Source of the DNA: Massilia sp. NR 4-1
GTDB taxonomy: Bacteria; Pseudomonadota; Gammaproteobacteria; Burkholderiales; Burkholderiaceae_D
NCBI RefSeq assembly: GCF_001191005.1
Contig: NZ_CP012201.1
Span: forward strand, 3,013,297 to 3,037,296
Direction of reading: 5' to 3'
Length of the DNA: 24,000 bases
A program made the translations under genes and the position numbers. How positions within the stretch are numbered: the stretch's first letter is position 1; every line of letters begins with the position of its first letter. Positions 7,151 through 13,967 of this stretch are shown piece by piece. The notes under the pieces were generated by a model, which did not search any database, was not told where the DNA came from, and saw only the letters and a list, made by a program, of their open reading frames with translations.

Positions 7151-7156
7151 ATTATA
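7151..7156 (-). promoter_or_regulatory. Possible -10 (TATAAT on the minus strand) for the kinase/receiver operon
   Basis: A perfect TATAAT lies about 45 nt upstream of the ATG at 7101, but I found no good -35 at 16-18 bp spacing. Confidence 0.25.
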
Positions 7157-7183
7157 TTCCAGGTTGCAAGCAGTTGTGGCACT

Positions 7184-7584
7184 TTAAGTGATAAAGTGGT
7201 TCTCTTTTAGCAATTTTTCTTGTTGCGCAATCAATCCTTTGCTACATCCAACTAGCTCCATAATTTCGCTTCAGCTGGACACACCTGCTTTTAAATGCTT
7301 TTGAATCAAAAGATTCCGTTCATGGTTCGGCTTTCGTCCTTGATATTTTCCTGCGCTTTGTGCTTTTCGGACTCCTTGCGCAACTCGTTCCCGCCTAGTT
7401 AAGTAATCTTTTCTTGCAACAGCTGCTAGCATACCTAACATCATTCCATTCAAGGCAGTGAATACACTTGATGTAAATTCATCATGTTTGATCATCGCCC
7501 AGGACGTAGGAAGATCTAATGCTACAACTCTGATGGATTTTTCTGCCAGGTGACTTTTTAAAAGATTCCAATCGAATTCTTTAA
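7184..7584 (-). pseudogene. Serine recombinase (resolvase/invertase family) relic, C-terminal portion, with an in-frame TGA before the HTH
   Basis: The minus-strand frame reads ...KEFDWNLLKSHLAEKSIRVVALDLPTSWAMIKHDEF...MMLGMLAAVARKDYLTRRERVAQGVRKAQSAGKYQGRKP...KAGVSS. A TGA follows at 7273-7271. The same frame then continues SEIMELVGCSKGLIAQQEKLLKENHFIT to a TAA at 7186-7184, which looks like the resolvase C-terminal HTH. The 5' side is cut by the IS at about 7585. Confidence 0.7.
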
Positions 7585-8797
7585 GGAAGCGCTGATTTAA
7601 TCGTCGCCCCGTGCCTGCAACTCTGCGTCAAGCTGCCACAATGTCGGCTTACTAACTGCGAGACCAGTTCATGCAATCGAGCTTTTCCGACGCCGAGTAC
7701 GCCAGCAAGAAGAAGCCTACGCGGCGTGACCGTTTCCTGGCCGAGATCGAGGCCGCCACGCCGTGGCCGGCGCTGGTGGCGGCGATCCTGCCTTACTATC
7801 CCAAGGGCGATGGCCGTGGCCGCCCACCAATCGGCCTGGAGCGCATGCTGCGCATGTACATTGCCCAGCAGTGCTTCGGCCTTTCGGACGAGGGCGTCGA
7901 AGATGCCATCTACGACAGCCAGGCGATTCGCGGCTTTGTCGGCATCGATCTGACGCACGAATCGGCGCCTGACGCGACCACGCTGCTGAAGTTCCGGCGC
8001 TTGCTGGAGAAGAACAATTTGACCCGGCGCATCTTCAACGAAATCAACGGCCACCTGGCCAGCAAAGGCCTGACGATGCGCGAAGGCACCATCGTGGACG
8101 CCACCTTGATCGCCGCGCCGCCATCGACCAAGAACGCGATGGCGAGCGCGATCCGGAAATGCACCAATCGAAGAAAGGCAATGACTGGCACTTCGGCATG
8201 AAGGCGCACGTCGGTGTGGACGTGGCCAGTGGCCTGGTGCACAGCGTTGTGGGCACCGCTGGCAATGTGGCCGACGTGACGCAGGCGCATGCGCTGCTGC
8301 ACGGCGGCGAGGTGATCGCGATGGGCGATGCGGGCTATCAGGGCGTGGCCAAGCGGCCCGAGAATGCTGGCTCGGCCGTCGTGTGGCCCCCCCCCATGCG
8401 CCCCGGCTTGCGTAAGACGCTCAAGAAGGACAAGCTTGGCCGCGCCACCGAAAGGCTGGAACAAACTAAGGCCAGCGTGCGCGCCAAGGTCGAGCACTGC
8501 TTCCACGTTGTCAAATGCCTGTTCCGCCATCGCAAGACCCGTTATCGTGGACTGGCCAAAAATGCGGCGCAGCTGTTCTCCTTATTCGCGCTGGCCAATC
8601 TGGTGCTGGCACGCAGATTCCTCGGCAGCGCTCACACCCAAGTTGCATCCCGAGTTTGAAAAAGCGGCAAAGGCCATGTTGAAAACAGGCTTTTTCGCTC
8701 TGCAGCCAGTCATGTTTCCTGATTTTGATATCGCTGCGCCGACGTGGCTCTCACAGCGGCCCTGCTGGCGTCGGAAACTGAATTGTTCAGCGGCTCC
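7585..8797 (+). mobile_element. IS5-family insertion sequence, about 1.2 kb and GC-rich, with imperfect terminal inverted repeats
   Basis: The left end is GGAAGCGCTGATTTAATC. The reverse complement of the right end is GGAGCCGCTGAACAATTC. The flanking tetranucleotides TTAA (7581-7584) and CTAG (8798-8801) both fit the YTAR target preference of IS5-group elements but are not identical. The internal DDE transposase is IS5-like. Confidence 0.75.
7671..8659 (+). pseudogene. IS5-family DDE transposase, disrupted by a 1-nt frameshift near 8135
   Basis: Frame 1 reads ...TIVDATLIAAPPSTKN, then drifts. The next frame continues (R)DGERDPEMHQSKKGNDWHFGMKAHVGVD...GDAGYQG...RAKVEHCFHVVK...RYRGLAKN, which gives the DDE signature of the IS5 group. 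Joining the two frames needs one extra C in AAC-(C)GC-GAT at about 8135. Confidence 0.8.
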
Positions 8798-8801
8798 CTA
8801 G

Positions 8802-8889
8802 CTTCGTGATTAACATCGTTTGAATCAATAACAATCTTGCCGTCTTTCGTTTGCTCAAGCCATTTATTTATTGCAATGGAGTTATTCAT
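8802..8889 (-). pseudogene. N-terminal fragment of the IS-split recombinase relic (MNNSIAINKWLEQTKDGKIVIDSNDVNHE)
   Basis: Removing the IS plus one 4-bp flank (1217 bp) joins this frame in phase to the 7584 fragment. The pattern KDGKIVIDSNDV resembles the gD-x-lvV-x-x-lDR strand of resolvases but with degenerate residues. A stop lies 4 codons upstream of the ATG, so the catalytic-Ser N-terminus is absent. No Shine-Dalgarno sequence is seen. Confidence 0.4.
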
Positions 8890-8920
8890 AAATATATATC
8901 ACTGAACCAGTCCAGAAACC

Positions 8921-9044
8921 TGGGGGCACCACGATTTAAGATAGTCGAGATGCGCCACCGCGACAGTTGGGGGACGCATGAACTGCGCCACTTTGACAGT
9001 CAAAAAATGGCGCAGTTTATCGAACCGCGCCACAATTGCGCCAC
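8921..9044. repeat. Cluster of short repeats: four direct GCGCCAC copies and one inverted copy, a 17-bp direct repeat pair, two TGGGGG copies, and a nested 37-bp palindrome (8981-9017)
   Basis: GCGCCAC occurs at 8952, 8985, 9027 and 9038, with an inverted GGCGCA at 9009-9014. TGCGCCACCGCGACAGT (8951-8967) matches TGCGCCACTTTGACAGT (8984-9000) at 14/17 positions. AACTGCGCCA (8981-8990) pairs with TGGCGCAGTT (9008-9017), enclosing TTTGAC-A-GTCAAA (8992-9004). Confidence 0.7.
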
Positions 9045-9071
9045 CTGGAATGCAAACGACACAAGCAATCG

Positions 9072-9521
9072 TTAATCCACCACGTTCAACTTCACCTGTG
9101 CCCCATCCGGCAAATCCTGCATCTGCCGCGCCACATCGCCCGACAGGCGGATCAGCTCATGCAAAGGCGCGCTTGCCAGATTCTCCGCCTTATACTCCCC
9201 ACCAAGCACGCCCGGGATTTTCAGGCAGTACTTGCGGCCCTCGGTCAACGGTCCGCAATGCTCGCGCGCGATCTTGGTCAAGCCGGCCATATGCCAGTCC
9301 TGCAAAAAGTCCTGATCGGCCGACAGCACGTCGAGCGCCTGGCGGTCGGACGCCACCACCGCGCAGCTGCATTCTTCCGGCATCAGCCGCCAATAGCGGC
9401 CCTGGACATCCTTGATGATCAGATTGCCGAAATCATTTTCCCCCACCACCTCCAGCGCCTGCAGTCCCGCCCAGCCCCAGCTTTCGTTCAACTCTTTGAT
9501 GATATCCATACGTCCTGCCAT
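9072..9521 (-). CDS. DUF1851-like (Tdi1 C-terminal-like) domain protein, 149 aa
   Basis: The pattern GNLIIKDVQGRYWRL ... CGPLTEGRKYCLKIPGVLGGEYKAENL...LHELIRL resembles the DUF1851 signature (GPL..dE.YGF.P...LGG....NL). Codon usage is GC-rich and host-like. The family call is from memory only. Confidence 0.5.
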   Translation of the reverse strand: MAGRMDIIKELNESWGWAGLQALEVVGENDFGNLIIKDVQGRYWRLMPEECSCAVVASDRQALDVLSADQDFLQDWHMAGLTKIAREHCGPLTEGRKYCLKIPGVLGGEYKAENLASAPLHELIRLSGDVARQMQDLPDGAQVKLNVVD

Positions 9522-9593
9522 CTCTCTTTCTTGGCGGCGCCATCGCGCCGGCTGATAAAATTACCGTTCAGAAATTATTTTACTGCCTATCCC

Positions 9594-10391
9594 ATGAAAC
9601 GATTGCTCCACTGCCTTTTGCTCACCCTGCTTGGCGCCAGCTATCTCGCCTCGGCTGGCGAACTGGAAGAATATGCCCGCGCCGCCAACCGTCTGGCCAC
9701 GCTGAGCCAAGTCGCCCAGCAGGAGGGCAAGACGCCACCGCGTATCACGGAAGGCGAAGGCAAAGAGCTGATCGCCCTGCTGTCCAACCGGCAGCGCTTC
9801 CTCGATTCCCGCAGCGTTGCGCCAGGCGAGCTCAATGAACTCAGCTTATTGTGCGGCGAAATGACCAAGGCCATGATGAACTACATGATGTTCGATCTGC
9901 AGCGCATCGACCGCAGCAATAAGGATCCGGCAGCCTTGTCCGCTGCCGTGGCGGCCGCGGCGCGGGAGAACATCCAGCGCTATCAGGATGAAATAGCGCT
10001 GCTGATGCCCATGCCGGTCCTATGCATGGGCAAGCAGCTCCCCTTGTTGGAACAATTCCTCACAACCCTGAAGCCGGAGGAGATCACCGAAACGCGGCAA
10101 CGGGGCATCGCGATGACGCAAAACGGCCTGCTCAACAGCATGCTCGGCGCCCTGACCGGCATTGGCGATCCAAGCGTGCGCGAAGAGAATCAGCTCAAGA
10201 TGCTGAATGTGCTGGCCGAGGTCGCACCAGTGTACGCGGCGGCACTGCCACTCAACAACCGTTCCTACATCACCGCCCTGGCCCGCACGGCTTTGCTCAA
10301 TAGCCCCCCCGCCTTCACCGACGCCCTGCTGCGCATCCTCGCGGCCATGGAAAACATGGAGTGCACGGGGCTGTGCAGCCGCACTTCATAA
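9594..10391 (+). CDS. Hypothetical exported protein, 265 aa, with a Sec-type signal peptide
   Basis: MKRLLHCLLLTLLGASYLASAG is a typical signal sequence. The upstream part of the 9036 ORF overlaps the 9072-9521 gene on the other strand and is discounted. Confidence 0.6.
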   Translation: MKRLLHCLLLTLLGASYLASAGELEEYARAANRLATLSQVAQQEGKTPPRITEGEGKELIALLSNRQRFLDSRSVAPGELNELSLLCGEMTKAMMNYMMFDLQRIDRSNKDPAALSAAVAAAARENIQRYQDEIALLMPMPVLCMGKQLPLLEQFLTTLKPEEITETRQRGIAMTQNGLLNSMLGALTGIGDPSVREENQLKMLNVLAEVAPVYAAALPLNNRSYITALARTALLNSPPAFTDALLRILAAMENMECTGLCSRTS

Positions 10392-10431
10392 TCGGCCAGC
10401 TTAAGCTGAATTAAGAATCGTCGTACCGGCT

Positions 10432-10461
10432 TTGAGTCATGCAAAAATCCCATGCTAGAAT
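10432..10461 (+). promoter_or_regulatory. Possible sigma70 promoter (TTGAGT, 18-nt spacer, TAGAAT) ahead of the DUF2946 gene
   Basis: Hexamers read directly. The -10 lies only about 10 nt from the ATG at 10471, so the mRNA would be almost leaderless, which lowers confidence. Confidence 0.25.
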
Positions 10462-10470
10462 CGGCCGCGT

Positions 10471-10854
10471 ATGAATATGAACGGAACAATACGACGCTGC
10501 GCCGCCTGGCTCGCCTTCATGGCGATCCTCTTCGCCGCGCTCGTGCCTTCCGTTTCGCGCGCCATGGCGCCGGCTGGCGACAGCGGCTGGACCGAAATCT
10601 GCACCATGCAGGGCGCCAAATTCGTCAAGATCGGCGGCGATAGCGGCCAGCCATCCGGCGACAGCGCTCAGCATCTGGAACATTGCCCCTTCTGCTTCAC
10701 CCAGCACGACACCGTGGGCTTGCCGCCTACGCCAGCGCTCACTCTGCATCTCGCGGCCGGCAACGCGATTTACCCTCCCCTCTTCTACCAGGCGCCACGC
10801 CGCCTCTTCATCTGGTCCGCCGCGCAGTCACGCGCACCACCGGCCCATTCCTGA
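10471..10854 (+). CDS. DUF2946-family small exported protein (HCPFC motif)
   Basis: N-terminal hydrophobic signal/anchor (CAAWLAFMAILFAALVPSVSRAMA) and the characteristic LEHCPFC motif. It sits immediately upstream of a TonB-dependent receptor, as is common for this family. Confidence 0.65.
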   Translation: MNMNGTIRRCAAWLAFMAILFAALVPSVSRAMAPAGDSGWTEICTMQGAKFVKIGGDSGQPSGDSAQHLEHCPFCFTQHDTVGLPPTPALTLHLAAGNAIYPPLFYQAPRRLFIWSAAQSRAPPAHS

Positions 10855-10972
10855 TCCCGCAGCACCCGTCTGACCTGCATTGAAGCAGGCTGTTTGCGCG
10901 CGCGCCTTGCCGTCCGGGCCATGCCCTGCGCCGCACCGCGCCAAGTACGCCATTAGAAGAAGAAAGCACATC

Positions 10973-13090
10973 ATGAACTACCGCCCTAGCGCCATCTGCC
11001 TCGCCCTGCTGTCCGCCTTCTCCGCCAACGCCTTGGGCGCCGACGAAACACCCGGCATGGAAATTGTCGTCGTCAGCGGCTCGCGCGCCGTCACCAAATT
11101 GTCCGAAACGCCAAGCGCCATCGGCATCGTCAGCGGCCGCGAGATGGAGCGCGACAAGCCCAAGACCATGGGCGATATCCTCAACCGCGTCGCCGGCGTG
11201 CACTGGAATGACCTGGGCAATGAGCAGCACAGCATGGCGATCCGCCAGCCCATCGGCACCGGCTCGGTGTACCAGTATCTGGAAGACGGCATTCCTATCC
11301 GCCCGCTGGGCGTGTTCAACCACAATTCGCTGAACGAGATGAATATCGCCGGCAGCGACAGCGTGGAAGTGGTGAAAGGGCCGGCCTCCTCGCTGTACGG
11401 CAGCAATGCCGTGGGCGGCGCCATCAATGCGCTGACCGCCGCCCCTTCACGCACGCCGTATGCGCGCATCGGCGCGCGGCATGAAGGCGTGTCCGGCTTT
11501 ACGCGCTACGACACGGCGGCCAGCAATACCTGGGGCGATTTCGGTCTGCGCTTCTCGCATTACAGCTCACGCCGCACTTCAAATAACTGGCAGGAGTACA
11601 GCTACGGCGACAAGGATTCCTTCACCCTGCGCGCCGACTATGCGCTGGGCAATGCCGGCATCGTGCGCGCCACCCTGGTGCGCACCGATCTGGATGCGGC
11701 CATGCCGGGCAGCCTGTTCGAAAACGACTATCAGAACAATCCCGGCAAGAGTCTGAACACCTTCACCTACCGCAAGGACAAGACCACGCGCGGCACCGTG
11801 GCCTGGGAAGGCGATACCACGCCAGGCGGCACCACCACTGTCACCCTCTTCACGCGCCGCAACGACCATGGCCAGATCCCGAGCTACACCATCGGCAGTT
11901 GCGCCGGCAGCATCTGCAAGGGCACGCTGAACAACAGCCACGTCGATTCGCGCGGTCTGGACGTGAAGCATCTGCAGGAATTCGCCTGGCTGAATTCGCG
12001 CCTGGTCACGGGCATCTACATCGACCGCAGCGACAATCCCTACTACAGCGACAATCTGCGCATCGTGCGCGATCCGACCAGCGGCCGTTATCTGAGCTAC
12101 ACCCGCGTCAACGACAGCCAGCCGCAAGGCGTACGCGATTACCAGGCCGACATCGACAACACCGCCTTCTTCGCGCAATGGGAAGCGTCGCCGCTGCCCA
12201 AGCTGCGCGTGGTGGCGGGCGGCCGCTCCGACCGCATCCGCTATGACTTCCGCAACAATCTCTCGCCGCAGGGCAGCGCCAACTACGGCGCGCCGAACGA
12301 GAGCCGCAGCTTCTCGCGCTTCAGCCCCAAGCTGGGCGCCAGCTATGTGCTGGGTGCGGACGCCAATGCGTATGCGAATATCAGCGAAGGCTTCACGCCG
12401 CCGGAGGTGAGCCAGATGTATGGCAAGACCGGCATTCCCGACCTGCAGCCCGCCACCTACCGCAGCGTGGAAGTGGGCCTGCGCCTGGCCTTCCTCGACC
12501 GCAAGCTGCGCCTGGACTCCTCGCTCTACCGGCTGGTGGGACGCGACACCATCGTCAGCTACACCATCACGCCGGGCAATAGCGAAAACCGCAATGCCGG
12601 ACGCACGCGCAGCCAGGGTTTGGAGCTGGGCCTGAACTACGACAACGGCCCGCTCGACGCGCGCTTCAGCACCGCCATCGCCAGCCATCGCTATGAGCGC
12701 TATCGCGTCTCCGCCACCCAGGACTTCAGCGGCAAGGACATGCCGCAGGCGCCGCGCGATATGACCAGCGCCGAAGTCGGCTACAAGCCGATACCGGACC
12801 TGCGCATTGCGCTGGAAGCCGTGCACCAGGGCGCCTACTGGATGGACAATGCCAACACCGTGCGCTATCCCGGCCACGCGCTCTTCCACCTGCGCGCCGC
12901 CTACCGCTTCATGCAGGGCTGGGAAGCCTGGGTCCATGTGCGCAACCTGGGCGACAAGCACTACTCCGATTCCGCCTCCAGCTCCTACTCCGGCGTTGGC
13001 GCCTACTCGCCCAACACCCAGAACCAGTACACGCCCGGCGCGCCGCGCAGCGTGATGCTGGGCCTGTCCTACACCTTCGGCGGCAAGTAA
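10973..13090 (+). CDS. TonB-dependent outer-membrane receptor
   Basis: Signal peptide MNYRPSAICLALLSAFSANALGA. Plug motifs are EIVVVSGSR, ETPSAIGIVSG, VEVVKGPASSLYGSNAVGGAIN. The rest is a long beta-barrel region. ATG 10973 is preferred over the upstream in-frame start at 10880. Confidence 0.85.
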   Translation: MNYRPSAICLALLSAFSANALGADETPGMEIVVVSGSRAVTKLSETPSAIGIVSGREMERDKPKTMGDILNRVAGVHWNDLGNEQHSMAIRQPIGTGSVYQYLEDGIPIRPLGVFNHNSLNEMNIAGSDSVEVVKGPASSLYGSNAVGGAINALTAAPSRTPYARIGARHEGVSGFTRYDTAASNTWGDFGLRFSHYSSRRTSNNWQEYSYGDKDSFTLRADYALGNAGIVRATLVRTDLDAAMPGSLFENDYQNNPGKSLNTFTYRKDKTTRGTVAWEGDTTPGGTTTVTLFTRRNDHGQIPSYTIGSCAGSICKGTLNNSHVDSRGLDVKHLQEFAWLNSRLVTGIYIDRSDNPYYSDNLRIVRDPTSGRYLSYTRVNDSQPQGVRDYQADIDNTAFFAQWEASPLPKLRVVAGGRSDRIRYDFRNNLSPQGSANYGAPNESRSFSRFSPKLGASYVLGADANAYANISEGFTPPEVSQMYGKTGIPDLQPATYRSVEVGLRLAFLDRKLRLDSSLYRLVGRDTIVSYTITPGNSENRNAGRTRSQGLELGLNYDNGPLDARFSTAIASHRYERYRVSATQDFSGKDMPQAPRDMTSAEVGYKPIPDLRIALEAVHQGAYWMDNANTVRYPGHALFHLRAAYRFMQGWEAWVHVRNLGDKHYSDSASSSYSGVGAYSPNTQNQYTPGAPRSVMLGLSYTFGGK

Positions 13091-13106
13091 ACGAGGGAGA
13101 TGGGAG

Positions 13107-13129
13107 GGCTGCCGCCAGGTGCGGCAGCC
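13107..13129. terminator. GC-rich hairpin between convergent genes (GGCTGCCGC-caggt-GCGGCAGCC)
   Basis: Perfect 9-bp stem with a 5-nt loop, located between stops at 13090 (+) and 13142 (-). There is no clear U-tract on either side. Confidence 0.5.
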
Positions 13130-13141
13130 GGGGGGATGTGC

Positions 13142-13837
13142 TTACAGTGCCACTGCGGAAGCGCGGCGGCGGCGGGCGAAGCCGGCAACCAGCAGGCCGG
13201 TGGCGATCAGCAGCAGGGAGCTGGGTTCAGGTACTTTGGCGCTCAGCGACACATTGTCGATGGCCAGGCCGGCCATGCCGGTCCAGCTCTGCGGAATGTA
13301 GTTGGAGAAGCGCAGGGTCAGGTTTTCGCCCTGATGCGAGGCCAGCAAGGCGCTGACATTGATGCTGCGCGCATCCCAAGCCGTGCTGCTGTCGTTGGCG
13401 ACGTCGTAGCTGAACACATTGCCCAGCAGCGTCGTGCCTTGCAGGATATCGACCTTGAAGCTGCGCGCCTGGCCGGAATAGCTCGCCACGATGGAGTCGC
13501 TCCAGGACAGGGTGGCTTCCTTCAGGCCTTGCGGCACGAAGAAAGTCTGCGCCAGCGTGTAATTGGTCTTGGCCGTGCCATCGTTCATGACGTAGGCGGC
13601 ATAGCTGCCATCAAACGGATTGCCGACCGTAGCGCAGCCGGTGGCGCTGCCCGTCCTGGCCACATTCCAGTCACGGCCGGCGCTGGCGCAGGTGCCGGTG
13701 CTGCCCAGGCCCGAGGTGGTCCAGCCATTCAGATTGCCCGTCTCAAAACTGCCATTGCTCAGAAGCTGGATCGGACCAGCTTGTACCGCACCTGCCGACA
13801 TCATTGCCGCAACAACAGCAAACTTTACGAATTTCAT
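13142..13837 (-). CDS. PEP-CTERM sorting-domain exported protein
   Basis: Signal peptide MKFVKFAVVAAMMSAGAVQA. C-terminal VPEPSSLLLIATGLLVAGFARRRR is the PEP-CTERM/exosortase sorting signal. Confidence 0.85.
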   Translation of the reverse strand: MKFVKFAVVAAMMSAGAVQAGPIQLLSNGSFETGNLNGWTTSGLGSTGTCASAGRDWNVARTGSATGCATVGNPFDGSYAAYVMNDGTAKTNYTLAQTFFVPQGLKEATLSWSDSIVASYSGQARSFKVDILQGTTLLGNVFSYDVANDSSTAWDARSINVSALLASHQGENLTLRFSNYIPQSWTGMAGLAIDNVSLSAKVPEPSSLLLIATGLLVAGFARRRRASAVAL

Positions 13838-13967
13838 TGTTACTTACCCTTATGCAATTTTCAAAGAAAGCTTGCATAAAGCAAGTTATATGCCATATCC
13901 GTAAGTTATTGATTTTAAAGAAGGTCGATTTCACAGCATTCACCGAGTGTAAAGAAATCCGACACTT

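Larger units (their letters stand above)
2161..9071. mobile_element. AT-rich genomic island abutting the 3' end of ssrA (right boundary approximate). No integrase; carries a decayed recombinase gene and a host-like IS.
   Basis: Composition switches abruptly right after the tmRNA CCA and returns to GC-rich at the 9072-9521 gene. tmRNA genes are classic island integration sites. The content is a methyltransferase, a kinase/receiver pair, a recombinase relic and an IS. Confidence 0.7.

Noticed and set aside
7164-7182. TTGCA and TGGCAC motifs upstream of the kinase operon, suggestive of a sigma54 promoter.
   Set aside because: The elements are in the wrong order for a -24 GG / -12 GC promoter on the plus strand. 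On the coding (minus) strand they read GTGCCA...CTTGCAA, which does not fit the TGGCAC-N5-TTGCW consensus.
8851-9075. A 74-aa plus-strand ORF (TTG start) across the repeat cluster.
   Set aside because: It has a non-canonical start and no Shine-Dalgarno sequence. It overlaps the recombinase fragment on the other strand. Its odd repeated RH residues simply reflect translation of the GCGCCAC repeats.
9076-9082. TCCACCA, identical to the last 7 nt of the tmRNA, as a possible attR core.
   Set aside because: The match is only 7 nt and has no extension into the T-arm sequence. It lies in the stop-codon region of a host-like gene. It is too short to separate from chance.
9036-9593. An upstream extension of the 9036-10391 ORF, giving a 451-aa protein.
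   Set aside because: The first 186 codons overlap the better-supported DUF1851 gene on the opposite strand and read as low-complexity sequence. A clean signal peptide starts at ATG 9594.
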